From Podarcis liolepis (Eukaryota): 64,000 nt of DNA. Numbering within the stretch: the stretch's first letter is position 1; every line of letters starts with the position of its first letter. Where the stretch lies: NCBI GenBank assembly GCA_965112155.1, contig OZ218101.1. The stretch is one strand, 5' to 3'. Both the position numbers and the translations under genes were made by a program. Of the stretch, positions 37,006 through 50,456 are shown piece by piece. Below the pieces are notes generated by a model that made no database searches, was not told the origin of the DNA, and was given only the letters and a program-made list of their open reading frames with translations.

Positions 37006-37691
37006 GGTCACTTTGTGTGAGAAACACAACTAAAGGCTTATGCTAATAAAGGTGAGGATGGGCGAGAGGGGAGAGGAGCCATGTACTTGCACATCCATCC
37101 CTGCACATGGTGTGTTTTCCCAATGCAGTCCATAAATGGAGGTCATCTGTCATGGTTCAGCCTGCTGAACGCATGTAGGCTATCCCTCCTGGTGTCTGCT
37201 CACAGTTACAGCCTGCATATGTTCAACAGGCTGCCCAATGAAGACTTACCCTCATTGTGTGGACAGGGTTAGGGAGGGACTAGTGGACAATGCAGAGGTG
37301 GGCAAGTGTCTAACCCCAACCTTCACGCCCACATGGATCTGAACTCCTGAATAAGACTGGTGATTGTTCCCAAACATGGATCCTGCCAATGTTTACATTT
37401 AATAAGGGTGAGCGAAGAGAATTTTTATCCTCTTTATATCAATCACGCCTTATTTCTTTACTGCTTAAATTTTGTTTTTGTTGTTTGTTTTTGTTATGAG
37501 AAGTGTTATGATCTGTCTGGAAAGCAATGAAATCTAGAATCATTCTCATATTGTCTGGAAGAGAGTAAATTGCCAATAAAGACAACTCTCTTGTTCTTCC
37601 TCTTATTAATTTGGCTCCAGGGAGCTGACTGACATTTTCTAGTTTCTGGCAAACAGTCCTGAGAAATGGTTGTTTTTGGGAAAATATTGTA

Positions 37692-37917
37692 CAGTGGTAC
37701 CTCGGGTTAAGTGCTTAATTCATTCTGAAGGTCCGCTCTTAACCTGAAACTGTTCTTAACCTGAAGCCTCACTTTAGCTAATGGGGCCTCCCGCTGCCGC
37801 TGCGCTGCCGGAGCACGATTTCTGTTCTCATCTTGAAGCAAAGTTCTTAACCAGAGGTAGTATTTCTGGGTTAGCGGAGTCTGTAACCTGAAGCATATGT
37901 AACCTGAGGTACCACTG
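37692..37917. mobile_element. Tc1/mariner MITE, family A
   Basis: TA|CAGTGGTACCTC...GAGGTACCACTG|TA. Confidence 0.9.
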
Positions 37918-38154
37918 TATTGTGAAAGAATGTGGATAATAATTTTACCACACACCTGGCTCCAATGTATGGTTAATGTCTTCTTAACCCTTGATCAGGG
38001 GTATGGAACCACAGCCCCTCCAGATATTGTTGACCTGCAACACCCATCAAAGGAAAAAACCATGGCTGGTAAAATTAGGTGGTTAAAAAACAAACAAACC
38101 CAGTAAAGAGTAGCATGCCTACCTCTAAAGAGGGGCTAGTGGTGATTGACTAGT

Positions 38155-38410
38155 TGCTGTTTAATCGTTTAGTCGTGTCCGACTCTTCATGACCCCATAG
38201 ACCAGAGCGTGTCAGGCACTCCTGTACTCCACTGCCTCCTGGAGTTTCCTCCTATTCATGTTGGTAGCTTCTAGAGCACTGTCCAGCCATCTCGTCCTCT
38301 GTCGTCCCCGTCTCCTTGTGCCCTCAATCTTTCCCAACTTCAGGGTCTTTTCCAAGGAGTCTTCTCTTCTGATGAGGTGGCCAAAGTATTGGAGCCTCAG
38401 CTTCAGCTTC
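38155..38410 (-). mobile_element. Bov-B LINE 3' end
   Basis: Minus strand encodes LKLRLQYFGHLIRREDSLEKTL. TSD actagt. Confidence 0.92.
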
Positions 38411-40214
38411 ACTAGTAGCAAACATCTATTAAGGAAAGACTAACTTATCCTGATGACACACTCCTGTGGATGTAGTTTTAAGAAAAGACAGAAGCAATCA
38501 CCTCATATTTCAGACTCCACTTTCTGCAGGAATTAAATTACACAGATCTACGTCACAAATGACCCTAGGATGTGAATGATAATATTTGTCATTAATCATT
38601 CCTTCCTCAAAGTAACAAAAAACTTATCTTACTTGTAATCTTCTTTGTTTAAAAATACATTTTCTGGTAGAAGGGTAAATAGCTAATTCGTTTTGCATTT
38701 ATGCTCCTTTCGTATGCAGGCAAATCCAGAATGGCTTTAATATTAATTCAAGGACCCTTGGTGTGAGGAGCACTAGATTTTGTCAAGACATACTTTTCTT
38801 TCTAGATTATATGACAAAAGTCTTAAAGAGTGCTGCCTGTCATCAGAATGCTGTCGTTCCCAGAGTTTTCAGTTTTGACTCTGGCTATTATTATAATTAT
38901 TTGAGGCAATGGTGGGGAAACTGAGGCCTGTGGACTTCATGCAGTCCTCTAGGCCTGGTCCTCAGAACAAGCCCCATAACCTCTCCCCAGAACACTCAAC
39001 TCACTGACTCTCCAAGTGGTCTTGCCTGGGTGGAATGCAAGAAGGTCTTGTATCACGTTTCATAAACTGAATTTCAAGCAACACAGCATTAAACTCCATA
39101 TAGACAAGACCCACTTGTGTTTAATTGAAAGGGAGGTGGTCAGAAACATAGGTCTGAGCTCCAAATTAAAACCAGATGTTGCAGGAGGGTGTGTCTTCAT
39201 AGGAAATTGTCGGAGAAATTGTTTAGTTAGTTTCTCTTTCATTGTGCTCATTTAAGCCTTTACAGCTTGTAATCCACTTTCATGAGACTTTGAACAGATT
39301 GTTCAGCCAAGAAATAGGTGGATGAGTGGAGAGGGCAGTGTTGTTTTAAGTGTGATTCCATTACCCTTCAGGAATTCCTGGAAAACTGGCAGCATATCTT
39401 TTCTGGACAGCTACCGCATTGGTGGACTGCCAGTTCCTGGAAATGAACTGCATCGTACTCCCCATATTGTGCACCCGTGCTTTCAAATGTACCTAAAAAG
39501 CCATATAGTACCATTGTGCACTCCACTCCTCCCACTCCATGAGGATAGCTATTATTTAGTATTGTTGTTTATAAATTATTTGATAGCATTGTTATGCATG
39601 GCAGTACACAGGGACATGGCAGTGAAACCTCCTAGCATTCTGCAGTCCATCCATATAGTTTGACTATGAATTTCACAACTCCAAGCCAATGATTTGTCGA
39701 AGGCACTCGCTTCCATCCTGCCAGCCTCTAAGCTATTGCCCCACACCTTTTTTTTTGGGGGGGGTCACCATTTTAGGATCTGCATAACATATATGTTACT
39801 CTGCGGCAGACAGCTGAGAACAACACATTAGGAGCTGTTGAGATAAACTGAAATGCTAGTCAGGTGTTGACCCCCGAATGATGAGCCATGATTCATTCCT
39901 TGCAGTTTAAGTAACACTATTTTAATGGCACCTGTTTTGGGTATCTGTTGCAGTGCCCACCCCACCAATAAATGGCACTCTGGCATTCACAATTCCAAGT
40001 GCAGCTACATTTTTCTTTTCTTGCTGTGTTGATTCCATGACTAATCAAAAGAGGGTGGAAAGAGATATCAGTTTCAAATGTTTCGTTTCTTTTTGAAGGA
40101 AACAAAATGATTTTACCAATACAAAACCCTAGATTTTATATATAGATTTATGCATGAATGGCCCATCTGAAACGATGGTTTCCTTTATTAGTCATAAGCT
40201 CTTTCTTAAAGAAA

Positions 40215-40707
40215 ATGTTTTTATTAAAGATTTTCTTGGGTTACAAAAGTACATGCATTGCCTCTGCTTTCAGATCATAAATCCCTTTCTACAGCTCGGT
40301 TATATTTGATGTGAGACGTTAATGTTGTAGACAGCATAAGGCTGAGGCGGAGAGAGTGGGGTAGTAAACTTTCAGTCTTTTACATAGTATATGCACAGGT
40401 TTTTGTGTCAGGATCACGTGGGTAGGTTCTCCTTCTATTCATTTATTAGTTTTCATTGGCGGTGAGTGAGATTGGGGGGCCTTCAGCTGACTGCAGTGAG
40501 TTTTGTTTGTGTGTGAGAGGGGATGGTGGTGGTTGGGTCAAATTAGCCATATTGATTCAAACGCTGTCAGTGGGTTCTTGTTGTCATCTTGTTGGGCTGT
40601 GTGTGTAATAAAGGGGAGCCACACTGGGGTGAAGTTGTCCTCTTTTGTTTGACCCTGTCCTAGTTTCAAATTGGAGATTAACTTTTCTAGTACGGCTGTT
40701 TCCCATA

Positions 40708-40709
<2 letters not shown>
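40215..40709 (-). mobile_element. L1-clade LINE 3' end
   Basis: Minus strand encodes WETAVLEKLISNLKLGQGQTKEDNFTPVWLPFI...*, followed by a 3'UTR and AATAAA. Confidence 0.7.

Positions 40710-40743
<34 letters not shown>
40710..40743. repeat. (GT)n microsatellite
   Basis: Read directly. Confidence 0.95.
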
Positions 40744-40746
<3 letters not shown>

Positions 40747-40811
40747 ATTTGTTAAGTTTACTGAGTAATAACCCCCTAAACCCTGATCTGCCATGTGGGG
40801 ATGAGGAAGTA

Positions 40812-41010
40812 CCGTACTTTTCACTCTATAAGACAAACTGTTTTCCCCTTAAAATCTAAGGGGAAATGTCTGTGCATCTTATGGAGCGAGTGTGGTCCCT
40901 GGGGCTGGCGAGGGGGAACCCGGGCTTCCCCCGCCAGCCCCACAAGCTCAGGGAGCAGCGGGAAGGCTGCGCACACCTGCTCTTTGGTGGGGGAAACCCG
41001 GGCTCTGTAA
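40812..41010. mobile_element. Partial mariner-type element related to the 24268 MITE
   Basis: TA|CCGTACTTTTC...aaggggaaatgtctgtgc shared with 24268-24340. Right TIR not found. Confidence 0.6.
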
Positions 41011-41226
41011 GTGGTGGTGGGGAGGTTCACTGCCAAGCAACCCACATACTGAAAGCACAGTACAGCACATGCTAATACCAGTGGTGTTTGAAAACCATCC
41101 TGTTTGGGGTGAGAGGTCTGATCCAAGAGCCCCTGCTCTGCTCTGCCAGTCTAGAGCCTGGTGCAGGGAGTGGGGGGAAGGTGAATTATCACTGACACCA
41201 TCTTCTGCCCTCGCAGTTGCTGATTG

Positions 41227-41524
41227 CAGAGGCGGATTTAGGGCAGTGCGGGCGGTTCCCTCACAAAGGACACCGAGTCAAGTGTGTACCTTCCAGACAT
41301 CTTCCCAGAGCCTAGGTAGTTGGCGCTTGCTTTGGGAAGGATGAGGGCAAGCTCTAGGACCCTGCCCGAACCCTCGCGTCTCCTTCCCAAAGCCCATTGC
41401 GTTACCTGGCTTTGGGAAGGCAGTGTGAGAGCTGGGTGTGTGCGTGCGTGCCAAATGTTGGCATTGCACAGGGTGCCGAATCACCAAGGTGTCGCTGATA
41501 CCGTTATGAATCCACTGCTCTCTG
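41227..41524. mobile_element. hAT-like non-autonomous element
   Basis: CAGAGGCGGATTTA left end and a degenerate TGAATCCAC right end. Confidence 0.45.
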
Positions 41525-44500
41525 CTACTACAGCCACAGTTTGTGTTGCTCTGCTGGTTATTGTTCTTTTTACATTCACAAAAAGCAATCAATAAACTCA
41601 AAACAGGCAGAAAGAACGAGAGAAGGAGCACATGTTCCAAAGTGCAAACCAGGGAACACATGCACATAGAAATAAAAGAGAGTGGCTTTCGTTCTACAGC
41701 AGGGCTGGGGAAGGTGATGTCTTTGTTGTAATGTGTTAACTCCATCTTTGAACTTTGTGATTTACTGACGGCACACTCCTGTGACAGCCCTCCAGATGCT
41801 GTTGAACTACTACTCCCATCAGCCCTAGCAAAGCACAACCAATGGCCAGGGATGATGGGAGTGGTAGTTCAGCAACACTGGGAGACTAAAAGTGTCCCCA
41901 CAACTATTTTACAGGAAGGAACAGAATATAAAATCTGAGGAATAATAGCCATTCAGGAAAAAAACCACACCTGTGCAAGGAATGCTACAAAACCATTTCA
42001 GACCTCGGAGTATGAATTTTTCTAATACATATAGAATTTGTCCTTTAGAGTGAATAATATTCAAGATCATCCATGCAAATTCTTTATGACAAGCCTATGA
42101 TGAGAATTCCTCCCCCTCTGTGTTTCTATGCCAGCATTATCCGCCAGAGGGCAACATTTTAATTTTTTTAAATCCACAGCACCTCTCTTTTCTTTCTTCT
42201 GAAAAAAGGATTGACAATTTTATTCATTGTATGCAACAAGGTTTGCTAACAACAACAACAACAACAACCACCTGAAGTTTTCCCTTACATCAGCATTACA
42301 AATCAATGTAGTTAGTTTTGTATGTTGTTTTGTGCTCAGAAGTAAGCACCATATAAGAGTATCGGCACCTCGTTTTTAAAAGATTATTTTTTTCTACTTG
42401 ATATAAGCATAAGTAATATGTTGCCAATGTTAATCAGGATATTTTTTATATAAAAGAACCTTCTAATAATATAGAAAACCAAAAAAATTGTAGGATTAAC
42501 CTTTATCCAGGAAGGTTAATCTGAGCATCCAGAATCTTGTTAGATTTGTCCTCACATTTGCTGGTTTGTTTATTAATTTATTATGCAGCCTTCTTTTCCA
42601 CCAAATGATGCTCAAGGCAGCTAGCAACAAAAATATAAATAGTATAAAACTGCCATAAAATAAAATAAGGCAGATAAAACATCAATAAAAGTCAGCTTAT
42701 GGTTGCAAATTGTCAACACTGGTTCAGAGGAAAGAGAATTTTCCAACAGTGTGGTGGCGATTTGCTAATCCCTGTGTGATGATCCTAATATTAATATTAT
42801 GTGTGTACCCACCCCCAAGAAAGACACTCTTTTTGTGCAGGCAGAGTCTGGCTCAGTGGATTATTTTGAAATTCTCTGAGTTAGGTGAAGATGCTTTATT
42901 CCCTCTCTCTCAAAGCTGGACAATAATTACAGAACTCTCCCATTTTCTCATTCTCTTTTCTGACTTCTAAATCCTCTGTGATTCAAGAGAGGATCAATCA
43001 AAAATGATTTCTTAAGCTATTCCATGAAGCACTTTTCAGATTCTGATAAGCTCTTTTTTGAATCATTCTCTGGTTCATAAAAAAAAGATACTAATGAGAC
43101 CAATTTAATTACCATACCAGCTGCTACTCCTTTTTTATTCTTCCTGTATAGTGCAGAAAAGAATTCAATGTTTTAAGTCCTTTCACCTGCATGCTGAAAA
43201 CCCCACATATTTTAATATGTGTATAAATTATAAAAAGGTGACTAGTACCCCACACGTTTTGTTCTTGTCGTCTGGAGATGTAAAGAGATTAACTGCGTGA
43301 GTGAAAAATCATGGTGCTTTATAAACGTATTAGAGCAGCGGTTTGGAACTTCTGCTCCATGGGCCTAAACAGGCCTGCCTAGATTTCCCAATTTTGCCCA
43401 TGAGGTAATCTTGGCACCAACAATGCTCAGAGTTGGTGGCCAATTTCAAGACCACTGCTGTTCCTTCTGAGGAGCTTTTAATCTTTAAACTAGACTTGGA
43501 CTGGATAGCCCAAGAGAACAAAGAAAAGGCCTGCCATGAATTGGAAAGTAATGAAAATGGTGATGGAGGAAGGATGGAGCCAATGTGTTCATCCACATTC
43601 TCCCCAAATATATTTACAGTCACCTAATTGTGATGCCCGCATAGGGCTTCAATTACTATTTTGAATAAAATCAATCAACTATTCCAAGTTCACAGCTATG
43701 TTTTTATAGGTTCCTTTATTTTAAAACAATCCTTTCTTTCCCAGTTTTTGGCCGTTGTATAATAATGTTTTTGATTAATGCTTATCTCCATTGACTGTGA
43801 GGGATTAAGGCTGCCTGACCAGCAGCTAAAGGAGATTACGAAGGCTAGGCTGCTAAATTGATGTTTAAGGAACAAGGTAGCTGGGAGGGAGAACGTCTTT
43901 CACACTTTTGTTTGGCGCTTCTTTTATTCCATGAAGATCAAGGGAGATTGAGCTCTTAATTCACCAGGGGGACTGGAATAGAAGGCAGCTAAATTGTGAT
44001 ATTTTTATTGTATTAAAAAGAGATTGATGGAAGGGTGGTGGTGTTTTTTTTTAAATAAAAACTAATAATAGTGGATACTTATATTTATGGACCAATTCAA
44101 GCCACAATTGACCACCAGTGAAAGGGTGTGTGTGTGGAGGGGGCGGTACCAGTGATACCTCTATGATTATTTTTTTAAAAAATTCACTGTTTTCCTGCAA
44201 TCTTTTCACTTTGCTAGGTGGAAGGGAGGGTATAAAACTGTCAAAGGCTTTGAGGGGAGTATGGTACTTGAGAATTAAACATTTCTTAAATGTGAAGTTA
44301 GCGTGGAATCTTTGGACAATCTGGAGAAATAAAAAATAATACATTTTTTTAAATGTTACTCATTATTAACATAAGCATTACTCAGGAAGAGGGGCTACAC
44401 TCCCCCAGTACCCAATTGTCATGGATATGCCTAACTTGGTACATGTGAGTATGCTTATGTTTAGGGAAGATGGTATTAGTTTTATAGCCATAATGATATA

Positions 44501-45102
44501 CTCCTGTTAAAAGTTACACCCTTAAAAAAAAAATACCTTGACATCTTGTCCCTTGGAACAACTTGGAATATGAATGGTGAACTCCTACATCTCTGTAAGT
44601 CAATCAACACATAGACCTTTAAACACTGGATACCGCTCTGTAAATTCCAAGCACCATGGAGCATCATGTGATCTGGGGGTATAAATAATAAAATTATTGT
44701 TATTGATGATTATAAGCAGATGGAGGCACTGACAGTATGGTAGGAAAGTATCCACACATTTATTTATTTATTTATTACCTTTACATGTAACTGCACATTT
44801 TCTCTCATGGTCCTTCATAAGCAAGAATATATTTTTGAAAAATTCTCTTCTATTTTTAAATGAAAGTCCACATTCATTTAAAGAGAAGGTGCCAGGCTCT
44901 CTGTTCTGTAACTGGATTTTGATTTGTGTTTGATGGCTCACGCTCAAACCATTTGATTGGTTAACAGCCACGTAACATTTACATCTAATCGTTTGTATAT
45001 AAATTGCACCATGTTAAGAGCAAATTAATGGCATATCAAAATAAAACATTGAGATTTGCTGCGTGCATATGCTGATCAGCGATTCTTTGACTATTCCTCC
45101 AG

Positions 45103-45249
45103 GCCATGGAAAGTGTGACTGTGGAAAGTGCAAATGCGAGGACGGTTGGTATGGTGATGCCTGCCAATACCCAACGACCTGCAACCTTACGCGGAAGAAA
45201 AGTAACGAAATGTGCAAGAATTCGCAAGATAACATCTGCTCAAATGCAG
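45103..45249 (+). CDS. ITGBL1: Integrin beta-like protein 1, internal exon (probably exon 3), 147 bp
   Basis: Boundaries tcctccAG|GC...GCA G|GTgagg. Translates (G)[48 protein letters not shown](G), an I-EGF repeat recognisable as ITGBL1. Confidence 0.95.
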
Positions 45250-46031
45250 GTGAGGTTTAATTTTGCTTTGTTTTGATGGATGGACGCAGGGGTAAACAGG
45301 AGACGCTTGGGTGATCTGTTATGTGAGTTTGAATTATGCGGATTAACTCAAAGAGGGGTTTAAAGGAAATGTGCAAGAACTGGAATATTTTGAGAATCCA
45401 GCATAAATGAATAGCACAAAGAATTAATTCCCAGTGAGCATGCACAGTGGGTTGGATGCAGCTGAAGATTGCACTGATACTTTGCTTTGTTGCAATTAAA
45501 TTTGGGCTGGCTGGAATTTCTGTGTTGCATCAGAGCTATATCCTTTGTAGAGAAAGTGCTGGTCCAGATCTGATTATTAGACTGTAGAAAAAGTGATGTC
45601 TGGTGGGGGTGGGGTGGGGTACTAAACCTATTGTGGAGGTTTGGAATGAAATGTCCAGTTCTGGAGCCACAAAGTTCTATAAACAATGACCCAGGCTTAA
45701 CTTGAGATCACTAGGCCCTTGTCCACCTGTGACGATGTCATTGGGGGCATGATGGCCTTCAGTCTTGCAATGCTCCTTTTGACATGTATGTGGCTCTTGA
45801 TTCCACAACCACCCCTCACATGTCTTAGAGTGGAGCATCCAACTCCATTTAGAGGGCTCTACTCTAGCACATCCCATTGTTATAAATGAAGTAAATAATA
45901 ATTTAATATCTTGCAGACATGGATAAGGCCATGAAATCATGTTGCATTCTAAGGGATTAGAATAGATTGCCTTTGACATTCCTTCTTGCACTCTGACTTT
46001 TCCATGTTGTCTTTGTTTCTGGTTCTAACAG

Positions 46032-46154
46032 GAACTTGTCATTGTGGCCGATGTAAATGTGACAATTTAGAAGGAAATGGATTGATCCATGGTAAATATT
46101 GTGAGTGTGATGACCGAGAATGCATAGATGAAGAAACAGGAGAGATGTGTACAG
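46032..46154 (+). CDS. ITGBL1: Integrin beta-like protein 1, internal exon (probably exon 4), 123 bp
   Basis: Boundaries ctaacAG|GA...ACA G|GTaagt. Translates (G)[40 protein letters not shown](G). Confidence 0.95.
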
Positions 46155-46848
46155 GTAAGTGTATTTACGGAGATGGAGAATTATGGCAAGTGTTAATCAA
46201 ATAATATTGATGTGGCATTTGGGGGGGATTTTTGCATGAAAGGGCTGCACTCCAACACTATCTATGATGATTGCATTCTATCAAAGCCACTGTTTTCGAT
46301 GGGATTTAATCACAAGTACTTTTAGACAGATTGGAGCCCAGGTAGTGAATCCGGAAGCTAAGCTCTACCATTTCTCTGTTGCCAAAGGAGGCATAAGCTT
46401 TCAATTTTTATTTTGTTTGCAGAGTTTCTGCCACATGGAGAAACTTTTTGATAGGAGCAGTGGTTGTGAATAATGAGAGGGCTGCATTTTAGGAAGCAGG
46501 AGCCTTGTAAGACATCTTGTGTTAGCCAGGTGTAAGGTTAGCAGTTACAGAGAATAGAGGGAGTATGATGTTGCTTTAGGCCAATAGGTAGTAAGAATAT
46601 TACTCCGCTGAGGCAATTTGAGGGTTACAACAGTGAAAATTAGTATCTTGGTAGGCTCCAGTCCACATAGCATGACAGTATGAACACTTACTCCATTCCC
46701 TGTGGTCATTATTTCGAAGAGGTTTATAGCTGCAGAGGACTCAGCAGAAAGCAGCAACAGTCCAGTCCATTCCTTCACTAGCAGGAGTAATTCATCTCAA
46801 TACAATAAATGGGATTTTGCACAGTCTTAAACCATGGGTGTGCACGAT

Positions 46849-47430
46849 CTTGGGCTCCATGATCACTGCAGATGATGACAGCAGTCCCAAAATTAAAAGA
46901 CGCCTGCTTCTTGGGAGAAAAGCAATGACAAACCTAGACAGCATCTGAAAAAGCAGAGACATCACCTTGCCAACAAAGGTCTGTATAGTTAAAGCTATGG
47001 TTTTCCCAGTAGTGATGTATGGAAGTGAGAGCTGGACCATAAAGAACGCTGATCGCCAAAGAATTGATGCTTTTGAATTATGGTGCTGGAGGAGACTCTT
47101 GAGAGTCCCATTGACTGCAAGAAGATTAAACCTATCCATTCTGAAGGAAATCAGGCCTGTTCACTGGAAGAACAGATCCCGAAGCTGAGGCTCCAATACT
47201 GTGGCCACCTCATGAGAAGAGAAGAGTCCCTGGAAAAGACCCTGATGTTGGGAAAGATTGAGGGCACAAGGAGACGGGGATGACAGAGGATGAGATGGTT
47301 GGACAGTGTTCTCAAAGCTACAGACATGAGTTTGACCAAGCTGCGGGAGGCAGTGGAAGACAGGAGTGCCTGGCCTGCTCTGCTCCATGGGGTTACGAAG
47401 AGTCGGACACGACTAAACAACAACAACAAA
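46849..47430 (+). mobile_element. Bov-B LINE 3' portion, in the intron after the 123-bp exon
   Basis: 8-bp TSD tgcacgat. Encodes PTKVCIVKAMVFPVVMYGSESWT. (CAA)n tail. Confidence 0.94.
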
Positions 47431-47589
47431 TGCACGATAGTGTGGGATAGGGCTTTTTTCTGCTGCTACTTTGGTACATTTGTCTCAAGAACAAAATTTG
47501 AGGAGATAAATTCATTGACAATAAATAGATAGTTACCAGAAAAGAGTAAAAAAGGAAAACCAACCAAGTTATTGAGAGAGTAATTCTCT

Positions 47590-48336
47590 TTTTTTTTTTT
47601 TTTAAATGCATTTTTATTGAAGTTATACACAAAAAACAGATATATATGAAAATACAGAGAAAAAATTACAAAGAAAAAAAAGAAAAACCACACATCCGAA
47701 AAAAGAAAGACACACAATCTGAACTTCCCTCCATCCTTTTGATAAGTATCAAATATCTCCTTCCATTACGTATTTGATTTTCAATCTATAGTCTTAAATT
47801 CACTCGCTGGTCGTATTGTTCTAACCCCGTCAATTCACTTTAAGCATTTATTCCAATATATTTCCAAAATTTACTCCAATTTTTCAGAAATTTCTGTTCA
47901 TCCTGATCTCTTATTTTACCTGTTAGTTTGTCAAGCTCAGCATAGTTTACCATTCTAATCTGCCAGTCCTTTATGTTGGGGATGGTTTCCACTTTCCAAT
48001 ATTGTGCCAACATAATTCTCGCTGCTGTGGTGGCGTAGAGGAATATCGTCCTATCTTCCTTTTTAATTTCTTTATCCATCATTCCCAACAGGAAGGCTTC
48101 AGGCCTCTTGGGAAAGGTATACTTAAATATTTTTTTAAGTTCATTATAAATTAATTCCCAAAAGCCTTTCACCTTTTTACATGTCCACCATAAATGATAT
48201 AGGTCACCCTCCACCTCGCCACATTTCCAGCATCTCTTATCCTTTAATCTATACATTTTGGCCAATTTCACAGGGGTGTGGTACCATCTATATAGCATCT
48301 TCCAGATATTTTCTCTCAATGCCATACATGCTGTGT
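47590..48336 (-). mobile_element. L1 LINE 3' end (ORF2 CCHC region, 3'UTR, poly-A)
   Basis: 15-bp TSD agagagtaattctct and poly-T on the + strand. ORF 47840-48325 carries CWKC..HLWWTC. Confidence 0.93.
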
Positions 48337-49190
48337 AGAGAGTAATTCTCTACTTGAATTATGCTGGAGGGAAAGAACTGTGTCCTCTGCACACCCAGTC
48401 CAATAGTAAAGGTGGAAACACACAGCTTGAAAACTGTCCAAATAGCAGAAAAATACTCAACATGCTCCCAATATGCCTCTCAAGTTGAGTTGGTGAGACA
48501 CCCACATGGTGGTGAGCCAGTCTATGCAGACTGAACTGGGTGTGTGTCTATCACTGATTCACCCAGTTGTTGTTTTTTTTTAAAATGATTGGCATAAAGT
48601 AAAATTTACATAATTTCATTTCTTAATATCTGTTGCATGCTTGGGGAGTCTGAAGATACCCAGTGATAGTAAGGAAGTCCTTAATAGCTTTGCAGAGAAG
48701 ACAGAACTTCTCCCTTCTTTGCACTCTGCTAGGCTTGGCTGTATCTTAATAACAATAATAAAAATTCAGAACAAATATACTCTTGCACATGCTCAGCCAT
48801 CTACATTTCATGATTTTCTGTAAAAATGTTCTTAAGTGTCCATGTGGTAAGTCAGACTCTCCCTCTCCCCCAGCATTAGCCAGTGCTTAGATGTAGGCCG
48901 GCATTTATTGCAAGTTTCAGAAGAATATTAGGCGATTGTCCTAATGACTTTATTGTATATAGACTCATTCATCAGAAATAAAGCAGCCCCTCCAGAATGC
49001 TAGAAAACAATGAAACGATGCTGAGATTTCTGCAGCGGTTATTACGAGACCAATAATAAAATTGCTCCCGTCCGTGGTGGCTATTAGTTTTATGAATCCT
49101 CATTCAAAATCTTCTTAAAAATGAACTGAACAATATATATTTTTATAAAGACTATCTTTCTTCACTGTCAACATTTTGTCTTGGGTTAAG

Positions 49191-49331
49191 GCCATGGAAA
49201 GTGTTACTGTGGAAACTGTTACTGCGAGGCTGGTTGGCATGGCGATAAATGTGAACTTCAGTGTGACATTACCCCATGGGAGATCAAGAGGAGGTGCACA
49301 TCTCCAGATGGCAAAATCTGCAGCAACAGAG
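49191..49331 (+). CDS. ITGBL1: Integrin beta-like protein 1, internal exon (probably exon 5), 141 bp
   Basis: Boundaries gttaAG|GC...AGA G|GTgcgc. Translates (G)[46 protein letters not shown](G). Confidence 0.95.
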
Positions 49332-49636
49332 GTGCGCCATTCATGTACTGTTCTACATATGTTGATCTCTTGGAGCTAGACTTTAGTTTGTTGTTGTTTC
49401 AATTAACATTTTGCATTGATCTAAGATTACATGGTATGGTGAAAACTCACCTGTTGTTAGAAAAGTGTGGGCTATGTTGAACCCCTGAAGCCAAGTCTGT
49501 TTATTTTATATCATACTTCTATACCATCCTTCACATATTCCAGCAACACAGAGTATTAAAATAAAATATAGGGAATAATGCCAAGAAATATCAATGGCAC
49601 GAGTGGAGTACAACACACTGTCTTTACGTGCACATG

Positions 49637-49684
49637 CAAACAAACAAACAAACAAACAAACAAACAAACAAACAAACAAACAAA
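49637..49684. repeat. (CAAA)n microsatellite
   Basis: Read directly. Confidence 0.95.
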
Positions 49685-49807
49685 GCTTTATTGTCCTTTA
49701 TTGTAATTATTTATTTTAACCTATAATCTAGGGAACATTTGGCTCCCAAGATGTGGTTAAACTACAAATTCCATCATCCCTGACCATTGAGCATGCTGAC
49801 TGGGCCT

Positions 49808-50271
49808 GAATCTACACTCACCTGTTTAATGTTATTTCCCCCTATTAGAATATTAGATGCGTCATTCTAAAATGTCACAGGGCACACTTGTAAATTAAAA
49901 CTTTTTTCACCTTGCCCTCCCCCCCCCATTTTTGAAAGCGCTGTTTCTCTCCTTGTTGCTGGTTCCTTTATTTCTCTGCTTCGCCCATTTTAAATCTTTC
50001 TCCCTCGCTCTGGGTCCTTTGTTATCTACCCCTCGAATGCCATTGGAGGGGGGTCAGAGTTCGAATGCAGTAAAAAAGAAAAAGAAAAGGAAAAACACTT
50101 AGAACATATGAGCAGTGTTTCAGTGATAGAGCAGCATAAAATGATTAAAAATGAAACGACAAGGTAATAACACATTACAAACGTAAAAAGTAGAACGGCA
50201 TGTGTCCATCTATGTTATCAAAACCATTCCTTAACTCTTCCTTAATGTTAAAAGCCATGAGTGTAGATTCG
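49808..50271. mobile_element. Probable non-autonomous DNA transposon
   Basis: 13-bp inverted repeat gaatctacactca...tgagtgtagattc about 460 bp apart. Confidence 0.55.
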
Positions 50272-50366
50272 GTTGGATAAATCCATCAACCTCTGATGGA
50301 TGATTTTGAAGGATTGGGTCCGGCATCACTTTCGTTGTGTGTGTGTGTGTGTGACAGTATCCATAC

Positions 50367-50456
50367 CATAGCTGTCAACATTTTCCTTTTTTTAAGGGGA
50401 ATTCCTTTATTCCGAATAGGATTCCTCGCAAGAAAAGGGAAAAGTTGACAGCTATG
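50367..50456. mobile_element. 90-bp hAT MITE
   Basis: TIR CATAGCTGTCAAC...GTTGACAGCTATG and a perfect 8-bp TSD atccatac. Confidence 0.92.

Noticed and set aside
45207-45379. 14-bp direct repeat gaaatgtgcaagaa in the exon and the adjacent intron
   Set aside because: Too short and not extendable, so it is no evidence of a duplicated exon.
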